Shown in pieces: positions 44,786 through 54,616 of a DNA stretch of 64,000 nucleotides. The translations under genes and the position numbers were made by a program. Position 1 is the first letter of the stretch. Every line of letters starts with the position of its first letter. The stretch is from assembly GCA_013822015.1 (NCBI GenBank), contig PNJU01000002.1, positions 128,500-192,499 on the forward strand, given 5' to 3'. This DNA is from Candidatus Puniceispirillum sp. Its GTDB lineage: Bacteria; Pseudomonadota; Alphaproteobacteria; Caedimonadales; UBA1908. A model generated the notes under the pieces. The model saw only the letters and a program-made list of their open reading frames with translations. It was not told where the DNA came from and did not search any database.

Positions 44786-46657
44786 CTATTCTTTATTGTG
44801 ATCGACCTTACCCGTCTTCATAAGACGACGCAGTTTCTCCTCTTGGCCCTTGGTCGCCAGATCGAGAGCTATTTTGAGTGTCCCAGAAAACGAAGCCATG
44901 ACACTCTTTTCGATATTTACGCGACAAAAGGCGCTCCCCTTGGCGCAATCGAGGAAGTCATAGCCAAAATTCACCCCTGTTAAGGGAGGTGCTGCCGGCA
45001 CACGTCGCAAGGTTGGCGGATCAAGAAGCGCAGGTGAGAGGGCTGCAATTTGTTCCGTCAGCTCTTGATGGGACAGGACTAAATCAGGTTGCAGAGACGC
45101 AATTTGCGCTGATTCTAAAGGCTTGCGCGAAAGCTGTGACACGGCCACAAAAAGGCGCTCGCCAAGAGTCTCCAAGGAAAGGGACTGATAAGGCCCCGCC
45201 TCATCCCACACGTCCATGGTCTCCAGTTGACCGAGCGCACGGCGAACCCGGGAGGGGAATGAGTCAGGCAGCTCATAGATATTGCCGACCCTCACCACCA
45301 TCACTTCTTCCATCACAAGGTACCCTTCCAGGAAGGCGTAAAGGGCGTCAACGGCGCTTCTAGGCACCTCGGGACGACCTGGTATGAGGTATACAAGACG
45401 TTCAACGTTTTGGGCGCGGCAGGCGGCAACGAGGGCCTTGGCCTCTTTCATCATGAGGGTAAAAGCCTGACACAGATGCGCCTCTACAAAGGAGCGATGC
45501 CCTAAGGAAGGTTCTGCAAAAACAATCTGCGCGCCCGATCCTTCTAACACATCACCAAAGCTTTTTTCGTCCCTTGCCTGTAAAAGGTGCGCGTGACAGA
45601 GGGAGGCCTCCTCCTCAAAGAACTGTAGGCTTTCCCACAGAAGGGTCTCACTCAAATCGCAAATGGAAAGGGATTTTGGGCTCCCTTGTCTGGCGATATG
45701 AAGGGACAGTGCCCGCCCCATGGGCTGGCCCGCTTGGCACACAAGCACGCTTTTCCCCTTCACAGGCGAGGAAATTGCCTTCTTGACGGGCGCACTGGCC
45801 TTTAGAAGCTCCTCCAGGGCAAAGGGGCGCACACTCAAGGTCCCCTGCACGCCTTCCACAACGTGGGACAAGCTCACGCCGTGGGCATGCAGGACTTTGC
45901 TGAGCTCAAGGACGAGTTCACTGGGCACTTCCTTAGGATCCGTCAGCACCACATGGTGGGGGTGGCGTCCTTCTAGGTTAAGCTGTTCAATAATTTGGGT
46001 AATCTCTTGGGTTGAGCCAAGGAGCTTGAGGCCCTTTGCCCCCTTAAGGGGGGTGAGCGGCGTCTCAAGCACACCCATCACATCAAAAAGATCCTCAAAC
46101 TGTATCAGCTGCTTCCATGTCCTGCCCATGGAGAGCGCGCCGCCAAGGAGCATCACGCGCATCTGGGGCGTGCTGGAGTAGGCGTGATCCACGTCCTCAA
46201 AGAGGCGGGCACGTAATACATTGAGGGTTACCCGGGATAAAACTAAAAGGCCAAAAAGCACAATCCAAAGAACAAAAATCGTTCCCTGGGGCCAGAGGGA
46301 CGCGCCTTTCATAAGAAGCGTGAGAGGGAAGAACACTGCGCACGCAAAGAAAGAGGCAATGGCAAGGGTGGCCACCTCCTGCCACGAAGCGAAATACCAA
46401 GCACTGCGATAAAGCTGTAACCAAAGGTAGATAGCCAGTGACGTGAGGGCAAACACCCAAAGTATTTTGGTAGGCATGTGAAGGGCAAGATCGGCATTGC
46501 CAGTGCGCAGCCAGAGGGCAAGGGGCAGCGCCGCGACAGCAAGCACCACGTCATGAACAAGAACCGCGTGACGCTTCTCCAAAAGCACGCGCACAACTTG
46601 CCACATATCTCCCACGACCATCACAGCTCGCTCAAGGGGTGTAAGCACTCGCTTCAT
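44786..46657 (-). CDS. CapD/WbpM-like membrane polysaccharide-biosynthesis protein with degenerate nucleotide-binding and catalytic motifs
   Basis: Four N-terminal TM segments and overall CapD-like layout. The expected Rossmann motif reads GKSVLVCQAGQPMGRAL, and the STDKAV/Y-K region is not recognisable. The track's N-terminal extension overlaps cvpA and is rejected. Confidence 0.65.
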   Translation of the reverse strand: MKRVLTPLERAVMVVGDMWQVVRVLLEKRHAVLVHDVVLAVAALPLALWLRTGNADLALHMPTKILWVFALTSLAIYLWLQLYRSAWYFASWQEVATLAIASFFACAVFFPLTLLMKGASLWPQGTIFVLWIVLFGLLVLSRVTLNVLRARLFEDVDHAYSSTPQMRVMLLGGALSMGRTWKQLIQFEDLFDVMGVLETPLTPLKGAKGLKLLGSTQEITQIIEQLNLEGRHPHHVVLTDPKEVPSELVLELSKVLHAHGVSLSHVVEGVQGTLSVRPFALEELLKASAPVKKAISSPVKGKSVLVCQAGQPMGRALSLHIARQGSPKSLSICDLSETLLWESLQFFEEEASLCHAHLLQARDEKSFGDVLEGSGAQIVFAEPSLGHRSFVEAHLCQAFTLMMKEAKALVAACRAQNVERLVYLIPGRPEVPRSAVDALYAFLEGYLVMEEVMVVRVGNIYELPDSFPSRVRRALGQLETMDVWDEAGPYQSLSLETLGERLFVAVSQLSRKPLESAQIASLQPDLVLSHQELTEQIAALSPALLDPPTLRRVPAAPPLTGVNFGYDFLDCAKGSAFCRVNIEKSVMASFSGTLKIALDLATKGQEEKLRRLMKTGKVDHNKE

Positions 46658-46688
46658 AAGCTCATTCAACGTAGTTTTTTCCTTCCAC

Positions 46689-47405
46689 TTAACCTTGGGC
46701 TTTTTTGGCCGCAAGGGCTGCTGCACCTTCAACGGTTTTAAAAAGACGCTCCATCTCCACACGCTTAGCGGCAGCGTAGTCACCGTCCTCGTGCTTCTCG
46801 GTGGTCTTACCTTCCGCCTTGGGCTTGGCCAGGGCCTTAAACATCTCTTCATTGGTGCGCAGCTCGCCTCGCACAAGACGCGCCTTAAAGGAGTCAGGCA
46901 CAAGTCCATTTGGTGCCATTTCAATGAGGGCAAAGGCCCCCTTCTCTACCGCCGACAGGAAATATGCATGTTGTAAGACCTGCGGGCGCGCAGACGGCGT
47001 TTTCCAAATAAAAAGGGACACAATAAAAAGCCCGATAACCAAGACACCAGCGCGAAAGAAGCCATAAATAACACCAAGGGAGCGGTCCAGGCCACCCAGG
47101 TGTGACTGTTTCACTTTGTTGGACAAGGCACTGATCAGGGTCGTAAAAATCACAAGACTCGTCACAAAAACAAAAAGAATCGCTGCTATGTCTGCAAAAA
47201 AGGCATTGCCGATCATCCCGCGAAAAAAACCTCGTAGGGGCACATAGCTATAGGTCGTCACAAGACCAGACGCAATCCAGCCACCTGTGGAGAGAACCTC
47301 CTTGGTGAAGCCGCGCATCACACCCACAAAGGCGGAGAGAATGAGAATGAAAAAAACCGCCATATCAACGGGGTTAAAGGATGATGTCATCTCTTGTGCA
47401 CTCAT
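46689..47405 (-). CDS. cvpA: CvpA family membrane protein
   Basis: FNPVDMAVFFILILSAFVGVMRGFTKEVLS..., multiple TM segments, and position downstream of radA. Confidence 0.85.
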   Translation of the reverse strand: MSAQEMTSSFNPVDMAVFFILILSAFVGVMRGFTKEVLSTGGWIASGLVTTYSYVPLRGFFRGMIGNAFFADIAAILFVFVTSLVIFTTLISALSNKVKQSHLGGLDRSLGVIYGFFRAGVLVIGLFIVSLFIWKTPSARPQVLQHAYFLSAVEKGAFALIEMAPNGLVPDSFKARLVRGELRTNEEMFKALAKPKAEGKTTEKHEDGDYAAAKRVEMERLFKTVEGAAALAAKKAQG

Positions 47406-48784
47406 GATGCCAAGGCCTCTGGGGTTTCAAAACTTCTGCCAATGTCAGCCAAAAACGCGACTTCGTCAATGGCAAGACTGGGCAGTGGCACCTTTACCTT
47501 TTGCCGCCTTGCGGGAATCATAGCTTTTTCAAAACCGAGTTTGCTGGCCTCTTTAAGGCGCAACTCTTCTTGGGAGACGCTGCGCACCTCGCCGGACAAG
47601 CCTACCTCTCCAAAATACACTGTATCGTGGGGACACGGCACATTATAGAGGCTCGACAAAAGAGCCGCCGCAACGGCCAAGTCCGCCGCAGGTTCACCGA
47701 TGCGCAACCCCCCCACAACACTCAAGTAAATGTCACGCGCCCCAAAGGTGACCCCGCACCGGGTTTCAAGGACGGCAATGACCATGGACAGGCGTCCTGC
47801 GTCCCACCCGATGACGGAGCGCCTGGGTGTACCAAGGCTCGAGGGCGCCACAAGGGCTTGGATTTCAACGAGAAGTGGGCGCGTTCCCTCTAGGCCCGCA
47901 AAAATGACGGATCCCGGAACATTCTCGCCGCGCTGGGATAGAAAGAGCTCCGACGGATTGGGCACCTCCGCAAGACCCTCCCGTCCCATCTCAAACACAC
48001 CAATCTCGTCCGTCGCACCAAAGCGGTTTTTCACCCCACGCAGGATGCGGAAGTGATGGCCGCGCTCGCCTTCAAAGTAAAGGACCGTGTCCACCATATG
48101 CTCCAGGACCCGGGGGCCCGCAATGGCGCCTTCCTTGGTCACATGCCCCACAAGGATGAAGGTCATCTGGCTCTTCTTGGCCAGGCGGATCAGCTCCTGG
48201 GTACAGGCACGCACCTGGGACACAGAACCAGGCGCTGAGTCAAGTTGCTCCAAAAACATGGTTTGAATAGAGTCAATGATCACAAGCTTGGGCGCCGGCT
48301 TTTCCTTTTCCAGGGTCGCGATGATGTCGTTGAGGCTTGTGGCAGACGCCAGGCGCAGGGGGCATTTTTCAACACCCAGGCGCTGGGCCCGCAAGCGCAC
48401 CTGGTCCGCCGCCTCCTCGCCGGAGATATAAAGGCAAGGGTTGTGGGCGGAAAGGGCTGCTGCCACCTGGAGAAGAAGGGTCGACTTACCAATACCCGGG
48501 TCTCCTCCAAGCAAAATCACAGCCCCCGGCACAAGACCTCCTCCGCACACGCGGTCAAACTCCCCAATACCGCTCATGGAGCGCGTAAGGGGTGTGAGGG
48601 GCGCGTCCAAGGTATCGAGCGTTAAGAGCCGTCCCGTCTTGGTGGGGGCCGGCGTGCCGGGGGTATGTGTCACCATCTCTTCAACAAGGGTATTCCAGGC
48701 TTCGCATCCCGGGCATTGTCCCGCCCACTTGGGCTGGGTCACGCCGCACACGGTACAGGCAAAAAGCTTTTGCGCCTTGGCCAT
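47402..48784 (-). CDS. radA: DNA repair protein RadA
   Basis: Zinc ribbon CTVCGVTQPKWAGQCPGCEAWNT, P-loop GGDPGIGKSTLLLQ, KNRFG motif, Lon-like C-terminus. Confidence 0.95.
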   Translation of the reverse strand: MAKAQKLFACTVCGVTQPKWAGQCPGCEAWNTLVEEMVTHTPGTPAPTKTGRLLTLDTLDAPLTPLTRSMSGIGEFDRVCGGGLVPGAVILLGGDPGIGKSTLLLQVAAALSAHNPCLYISGEEAADQVRLRAQRLGVEKCPLRLASATSLNDIIATLEKEKPAPKLVIIDSIQTMFLEQLDSAPGSVSQVRACTQELIRLAKKSQMTFILVGHVTKEGAIAGPRVLEHMVDTVLYFEGERGHHFRILRGVKNRFGATDEIGVFEMGREGLAEVPNPSELFLSQRGENVPGSVIFAGLEGTRPLLVEIQALVAPSSLGTPRRSVIGWDAGRLSMVIAVLETRCGVTFGARDIYLSVVGGLRIGEPAADLAVAAALLSSLYNVPCPHDTVYFGEVGLSGEVRSVSQEELRLKEASKLGFEKAMIPARRQKVKVPLPSLAIDEVAFLADIGRSFETPEALAS

Positions 48785-49539
48785 CAGGTGCGCTCCACGG
48801 TGATGGGGCCCTCTGTACGGCCGTGGATGAATTGGTCCACAAAATCGTTACCAGAGTGATCGAGGTCCTTGGCTGGACCACACCAAATGATGCGTCCCTC
48901 GTGGAGCATGGCAATGGTGTCAGCCACTTTCCTTGCACTGTTCATGTCATGGGTGATGGTGATGGCGGTGGCGCCCAACTCCTTGACGTTGGTGACGATG
49001 AGGTCATTGATCACACCGCTGATGATGGGATCAAGGCCGGCCGTTGGCTCATCAAAAAAGATGATCTCAGGTTGGGTCACGACGGCTCTGGCCAGGCCCA
49101 CACGGCGCTGCATACCACCCGACAGCTCCGCCGGATAAAGATCCGCCACTTGACTTGCAAGACCGACAGCGGTCAGCTTTTCCTCCGCCAGGGCGCGCGC
49201 CTTGGCGCGCGTCATCTTTTTCTCTTGCAAAGGTGCAAAGAAAATATTCTCCCACACGGGCAAGCTGTCAAACAGGGCCGCCCCTTGAAAGAGCATCCCC
49301 ATGCGGGCGCGAAGGGGTGCAAAGTCCGCCTCTCGTCCCCCAAGAACGTCACACCCATCAATGCGGGCGCGCCCTGCGTCGGCGTGCATAAGGCCCAGCA
49401 AGCACTTGAGTGTCACAGATTTACCGGAGCCAGAGGCCCCCATAATCACAAGGGATTGCCCCTTTTTCACCTCAAAGGAAACGTCCTTCAAGACAGCCTT
49501 ATGGCCAAAACTCTTCTTTAAATTCTCAACCAGAATCAT
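48784..49539 (-). CDS. mlaF: MlaF-like ABC transporter ATP-binding protein
   Basis: GASGSGKSVTLK, LSGGMQRRVGLARA, IIFFDEPTAGLDP. Adjacent to an MlaE-type permease. Confidence 0.8.
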   Translation of the reverse strand: MILVENLKKSFGHKAVLKDVSFEVKKGQSLVIMGASGSGKSVTLKCLLGLMHADAGRARIDGCDVLGGREADFAPLRARMGMLFQGAALFDSLPVWENIFFAPLQEKKMTRAKARALAEEKLTAVGLASQVADLYPAELSGGMQRRVGLARAVVTQPEIIFFDEPTAGLDPIISGVINDLIVTNVKELGATAITITHDMNSARKVADTIAMLHEGRIIWCGPAKDLDHSGNDFVDQFIHGRTEGPITVERT

Positions 49540-49546
49540 GGCACAC

Positions 49547-50326
49547 TTAACCTTTACTGAAGAACAGAGCCGTCAAAAGATAGTTAAAAATCAAAATCAT
49601 AATGGACGCGGACACAACCGCCTGGGTTGTGGCAGATCCCACACCTTGGGCGCCTCCCTTGGAGTGATAGCCGTGATAACATCCCATGAGGCTAATGAAA
49701 AAACCAAAGACAGACGCCTTCACAAGACCCGACACCACGTCCATGGTTTCCAGGTACTCGAAGGTTTTGTAAAGATACTGCCCAGGGTTAAAGCCCAGCT
49801 TATAGACAGAGACAAGGTACCCACCAAACACACCCACAATGTCGCCCACAAGAACCAAAAGGGGCAGCATGATGAGGCCCGCCAGAACCCGCGGGGCCAC
49901 TAGGTACTTCATGGGGCTTGTAGACAGAGTCACAAGGGCATCCACTTGCTCCGTCACACGCATGGTGCCAATCTCCGCCGCCATGGCGGCGCCCACACGT
50001 CCCGCTACCATAAGACCTGCAAGAACTGGCGCAAGTTCCCTGGTGACAGACAAGACAACAACGGTGGCAACGGCCCCTTCGGCGGAAAATCTGGCAAAAC
50101 CCGTATAGCTTTGAAGGGCCAGCACCATACCCGTAAAGGCAGCCGTAAGCCCGACAACGGGCAAGGAGTTATAGCCAATCTCCACAAGTTGTCTGGCCCA
50201 CTGACGGGGGTAATAGGGAGGCGTGACGCCCGCCGCAAGGGCTCGGCTTGCAAACAGCGTCAAGCGCCCTGTGGTGGCGAGAAAAGCGAGGAAAAAGCGG
50301 CCAATGGAGGCGAGAAACCCAGTCAT
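49547..50326 (-). CDS. mlaE: MlaE family ABC transporter permease
   Basis: Full-length similarity to the MlaE/Ttg2B pattern (...ELAPVLAGLMVAGRVGAAMAAEIGTMRVTEQVDAL...). Confidence 0.85.
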   Translation of the reverse strand: MTGFLASIGRFFLAFLATTGRLTLFASRALAAGVTPPYYPRQWARQLVEIGYNSLPVVGLTAAFTGMVLALQSYTGFARFSAEGAVATVVVLSVTRELAPVLAGLMVAGRVGAAMAAEIGTMRVTEQVDALVTLSTSPMKYLVAPRVLAGLIMLPLLVLVGDIVGVFGGYLVSVYKLGFNPGQYLYKTFEYLETMDVVSGLVKASVFGFFISLMGCYHGYHSKGGAQGVGSATTQAVVSASIMILIFNYLLTALFFSKG

Positions 50327-50359
50327 GTTTTAGTCTTTTCTCCGTCTTGCAAGTATGTC

Positions 50360-51466
50360 TTACCCTTCATAAACACGCGCGCACCTGGGCCCAAGTCCCA
50401 CGAGGAATGTGTGGGGCGCCGTCCCGGCCGCCTGTGCTTGGCGCGAAAGCGTTACGCCATCATAGAACAAATCGACCCAGTCTCCTACTCTTCCCTGCAC
50501 GGGCGGCAGGTCCGTGAGATCCAGGGTCGTGAAATCCATGGACACCCGGCCTATGATGGGAACCTCTTGGCCATCCAGCCACATGCATCCTTTGTTCCCC
50601 AGATCGCGGGGCAAACCATCGGCGTATCCCATGGCCACCGTTGCAATGCGTGAGGGGCGCTGGGCTTGCCAGGTCATGGCGTAGCCCACACTTTGACCCG
50701 CATCAATAGTGCGCACCTGAATAAGACGGGCGCGCACTTGAAGGGCGCTGCGCAGGCCGTACTCAGCCGCGTTCTCGGGCGCAAGACCATAAAGAGATAA
50801 ACCAGGGCGCACAAAGTCTCCCCAAAAGGCGGACCCCAGGGTTAATCCACAGGAGTTTGCAAAGCATGTGGAAACGTGAGGCATAAGCGCGCACAGTGCT
50901 TCAAAACGCGCGCGCTGGGTTTCATTAAAGGGATGGTCCGCCAAGTCGCTTGCTGCAAAGTGGCTCATGAGGCACACGGTATTGAGGCATTGAATGACGT
51001 CCAATAAGCGCTCAAAGTCCTTGGGCTCAAGACCCGTGCGGGCCATACCCGTATCAATGTGAATGGCACACGGGGCGCTGCCTCCCACATTTTGCCAGCG
51101 CAAAAGACTCTCCTCGTCATTTAACACAGGAATCAGGTTTTGGGCCAGAAACTGACGCTCCATACCCTCAAAAGCCCCGGACAAGACGTAGATATCCACA
51201 TCCTTTAAAAGAGCGCGCAGGGCAAAGGCTTCTTCAGGAAAGGCCACCACGAAGTGGCGACACCCCGCCAAGCGCAAAGCGCGGGCAACGGGCGCAAGCC
51301 CAAGCCCATAGGCGCCTGCCTTCACAACGGCAAGGGCGCGGCGCGTGGGGCCAATCTTCTCCTGAATCACCCGGAAGTTATGGCGCACAGCGCTCAGGTC
51401 AACGCGCACCTCACAGGTGGTATCTAAGCTCTCTTGGATCATGGGAAGGCACTCAGTACTGGGCAT
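50360..51466 (-). CDS. alr: Alanine racemase
   Basis: ALAVVKAGAYGLG (PLP lysine motif) and ...GYADGLPR... An alternative ATG lies at 51442. Confidence 0.9.
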   Translation of the reverse strand: MPSTECLPMIQESLDTTCEVRVDLSAVRHNFRVIQEKIGPTRRALAVVKAGAYGLGLAPVARALRLAGCRHFVVAFPEEAFALRALLKDVDIYVLSGAFEGMERQFLAQNLIPVLNDEESLLRWQNVGGSAPCAIHIDTGMARTGLEPKDFERLLDVIQCLNTVCLMSHFAASDLADHPFNETQRARFEALCALMPHVSTCFANSCGLTLGSAFWGDFVRPGLSLYGLAPENAAEYGLRSALQVRARLIQVRTIDAGQSVGYAMTWQAQRPSRIATVAMGYADGLPRDLGNKGCMWLDGQEVPIIGRVSMDFTTLDLTDLPPVQGRVGDWVDLFYDGVTLSRQAQAAGTAPHTFLVGLGPRCARVYEG

Positions 51467-52931
51467 CGGGCAAACGCTCTTTCTGTGTCAAATTGCCAAA
51501 GCGTGTCAGAGACGAATCGAAGTAGAGACGCACTGTGCCAATGGGGCCGTGACGCTGCTTCGAGATAATAGCCTCCGCCACGTTGTGGGCGTCTTCCATA
51601 CTCTTTTCCCATTGCTGGTGCTTGTCACTGGCGTGGTCGGAGGGCTCTTGGCGCGCCAGATAATATTCCTCACGGTAAACGAACATCACAACGTCCGCGT
51701 CCTGCTCAATGGATCCCGATTCACGCAGATCAGACAGCTGAGGACGTTTGTCATCGCGCTGCTCCACCGCACGAGACAGCTGGGAAAGGGCAATGACCGG
51801 CACGTGGAGTTCCTTGGCCAGGGCCTTAAGACCACGGGTAATTTCCGAGACCTCTTGCACACGCCCTTCTTTGTTGCCAGATGATCCTTGGAGAAGCTGC
51901 AAATAGTCGATCACCACAAGTCCCAAGCCGTGCTTGCGCTTGAGGCGGCGTGCACGCGTGCGCACGGCTGAAATGGACAAGGCCGGCGTGTCATCAATAT
52001 AAAGGGGCAGACTTGCACAGCGCTCCGCCACCATACGAAAGCGGGGAAAGTCTGATTCCGTAATATGCCCACGGCGAATATGATCGGACGGCACATTACT
52101 TTCCTGGGCCAAAAGACGCCCGGCCAACTGCTCGGCGGACATCTCAAGGGAGAAAAAGGCAACGGAGGCACCACTTCCCGCCTCGGGATCGTCAATCTGT
52201 GCCAGCGCTGCGTTAAAGGCAATATTGGTGGCAAGGGCCGTCTTACCCATGGAGGGACGTCCCGCCAAAATGATCAGATCCGATGGATGAAGGCCACCTA
52301 GCTGCTTATCCAAATCATCAAGGCCCGTTGTCACACCCACAATCTTAGACTGGCGCGTTTTGGCTGCGTGGGCCGACTGGATGGCCTCCGTCAAAGCCCC
52401 AGAAAAGGGCACAAACCCCTTATCCGACTGGCCTGTTGTGGCCAGATCATAAAGCCGCTGTTCGGCGCGCTCAATTTGCTCCTGGGGGCTGACGTCTTCT
52501 GAGGCAGGCGCCAGCGCGTCCTGCACCACTTGTGCGCCCAGATCAATCAGGGAGCGTCGCAGGGCAAGCTCATGGATAATGCGGCCATAGGTCTGGGTGT
52601 TGCCCAAGGAAATCACGCACGTTGCCAGGTGAGCCAGATACTCGGTGCCTCCCACATCGCCCAGCGTCTTATCACGGGCAAAAAAATCACGCAGCGTAAT
52701 GGGGTCCGCAATCTGACCACGTTCCAGAAGTCTTCCAATGGCCGCGTAAATGCGCCCGTTGGTCGCGTCTGCAAAGTGCTCGGGCTTAAGGTACTCGCCC
52801 AAATGCTCATAGGCGCCGTTATGGTGCAAGAGGGCGCCCAAAAGCGCCTGTTCGGCCTCTAGGTTGGCCGGCGGAGTATGGGCAAGCTCAGACGTCACTT
52901 CTTCCTTCTCGGGAAATGCTACAACACTCAT
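51453..52931 (-). CDS. dnaB: Replicative DNA helicase DnaB
   Basis: PPANLEAEQALLGALL, GRPSMGKTALATNIA, FFSLEMSAEQL, SQLSRAVEQR, IISKQRHGPIG. ATG at 52931 is preferred over the GTG at 52937. Confidence 0.95.
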   Translation of the reverse strand: MSVVAFPEKEEVTSELAHTPPANLEAEQALLGALLHHNGAYEHLGEYLKPEHFADATNGRIYAAIGRLLERGQIADPITLRDFFARDKTLGDVGGTEYLAHLATCVISLGNTQTYGRIIHELALRRSLIDLGAQVVQDALAPASEDVSPQEQIERAEQRLYDLATTGQSDKGFVPFSGALTEAIQSAHAAKTRQSKIVGVTTGLDDLDKQLGGLHPSDLIILAGRPSMGKTALATNIAFNAALAQIDDPEAGSGASVAFFSLEMSAEQLAGRLLAQESNVPSDHIRRGHITESDFPRFRMVAERCASLPLYIDDTPALSISAVRTRARRLKRKHGLGLVVIDYLQLLQGSSGNKEGRVQEVSEITRGLKALAKELHVPVIALSQLSRAVEQRDDKRPQLSDLRESGSIEQDADVVMFVYREEYYLARQEPSDHASDKHQQWEKSMEDAHNVAEAIISKQRHGPIGTVRLYFDSSLTRFGNLTQKERLPDAQY

Positions 52932-53124
52932 GCGCACACCTTCAGTCTCTTAAAACACAACAACAGAAATTAAATTCGCTCAGAAATAGGTAGGTGCTAT
53001 TTTTAGCACAAAACCCCCCACTCCCAAAGGCCTAAAAGAGACGCGTACTCAACATGTTAAAAAATATCTCGCCTTTCACAAAGGTCTGTCGTAGGATATG
53101 CCCAAAATCAAGGAGGTCTAGAAA

Positions 53125-54546
53125 ATGACACATGCGTCCCACGACGTTTTGCTTAAACGCATCTATGATGATGGTATCACTTACGTTGATTTTCGCTTCA
53201 CCGATCCCAAGGGCGTGTGGCATCACATGACCTTCCATGTGAACGCTGTGGACGCCGATCTTCTGCACGATGGCATCATGTTTGATGGATCCTCCATTCC
53301 CGGCTGGCGCAGCATTGAAAACTCTGACATGATTCTGATGCCAGACCCCTCTACTGCCTTTCGCGATCCATTTTCCCAGTACCCAACCTTGGTTGTCACA
53401 TGCGACATCTTTGACCCCATGACGGGCAAGGGTTATAACCGTGACCCACGCAGCATCGCAAAACGCGCCGAGACCTTTTTGCGCGGCACAAACGTTGGCG
53501 ACCAAGCCTTTTTTGGTCCAGAGCCCGAGTATTTTGTCTTTGACGAAGTTTACTATGAGGTAGGCGCAACCCACGCGTTCTATCATCTCAATTCCGCCGA
53601 AACCACGTGTTTGAACAACCCTCTCTTTAACAGAGAGACGGCGCTGAGTTACCACCAAGGTCACCGCATGAACGCGGGCAGCGGATATTGCCCTGTGCAG
53701 CCGGCCGATTCCCAGCACGAGCTGCGCGCCGAGACGCTCTCCACCCTGGCCAGCATCGGCCTTGGCATCCAAAAGCATCACCATGAGGTGGCCCCTGCCC
53801 AGCACGAGCTTGGCTTTGACCACAGCACGCTCCTATCTATGTCCGACACACTACAGGCCTTTAAGTACGTCGTGCGCTGCATGGCTCAAAAGCGTGGTAA
53901 AACAGCGACCTTTATGCCCAAGCCCATTGCGGGCGATAACGGATCAGGCATGCACGTGCACCAGTCTATTTGGAAGGACGGACAGCCCCTCTTTTTTGGC
54001 AAGCAGTACAATGAGCTCTCCCAAGACGCGCTCTATTATATTGGGGGCATTTTGTCCCACGCCAAAGCGCTGAATGCCTTCACCAACCCCACAACCAACA
54101 GCTATAAACGCTTGGTACCCGGTTATGAGGCCCCTGTATATTTGGCATACTCCGCGCGCAACCGCTCCGCCGCCATTCGTATTCCCCACAGCACAAGCCC
54201 CAAAGGCAAGCGCATTGAAGTACGTTTCCCGGATCCCACAGCCAATCCGTACCTCGCCCTTTCCGCCATGCTCATGGCGGGTCTTGACGGCATTGCCAAC
54301 AAGATTGATCCGGGTGAGGCTATGGAGAAAAACCTCTATGAGGCAGATACGTCCTCCCTGAACAAAATGTCTTCGACCCTCAAAGAAGCCCTCATGAGCC
54401 TGGATCAAGACAAGGCCTTCCTCACAAAGGGCGGCGTTTTCGACAATGATCAAATTGAAGCCTACATTGAGCTTAAACTTCAAGAGCTTGAGGAAGTCGA
54501 ACACGGACCAAATCCTGCCGAATTTAAACTGTACTACAGTTTATAA
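53125..54546 (+). CDS. glnA: Glutamine synthetase type I
   Basis: DFRFTDPKGVWHH, FDGSSIPGW, GSGMHVHQS, NSYKRLVPGYEAP, and an adenylylation-site-like KNLYE. Confidence 0.95.
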   Translation: MTHASHDVLLKRIYDDGITYVDFRFTDPKGVWHHMTFHVNAVDADLLHDGIMFDGSSIPGWRSIENSDMILMPDPSTAFRDPFSQYPTLVVTCDIFDPMTGKGYNRDPRSIAKRAETFLRGTNVGDQAFFGPEPEYFVFDEVYYEVGATHAFYHLNSAETTCLNNPLFNRETALSYHQGHRMNAGSGYCPVQPADSQHELRAETLSTLASIGLGIQKHHHEVAPAQHELGFDHSTLLSMSDTLQAFKYVVRCMAQKRGKTATFMPKPIAGDNGSGMHVHQSIWKDGQPLFFGKQYNELSQDALYYIGGILSHAKALNAFTNPTTNSYKRLVPGYEAPVYLAYSARNRSAAIRIPHSTSPKGKRIEVRFPDPTANPYLALSAMLMAGLDGIANKIDPGEAMEKNLYEADTSSLNKMSSTLKEALMSLDQDKAFLTKGGVFDNDQIEAYIELKLQELEEVEHGPNPAEFKLYYSL

Positions 54547-54616
54547 TATTATTGACAATCCTCTTGCCGCTTGTTACTGAGTCGTTCGTTAATAATAAAA
54601 AAAACGGACGACTCAT

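Noticed and set aside
46658-46933. N-terminal 92-aa extension of ORF 44786..46933
   Set aside because: Overlaps cvpA in another frame and is Arg/Pro-rich. The internal ATG at 46657 was chosen, though the GTG at 46693 remains possible.
48667-49521. 284-aa plus-strand ORF
   Set aside because: It lies entirely antisense to the well-supported mlaF gene. The translation is low-complexity (Gly/Arg/His-rich) with no motifs. This is a typical shadow ORF in GC-rich coding DNA.
49946-50653. 235-aa plus-strand ORF
   Set aside because: Antisense to mlaE and alr, spanning their intergenic gap. No motifs.
53032-53823. 263-aa minus-strand ORF
   Set aside because: Antisense to glnA, which is unambiguous. 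There is no RBS or motif support.
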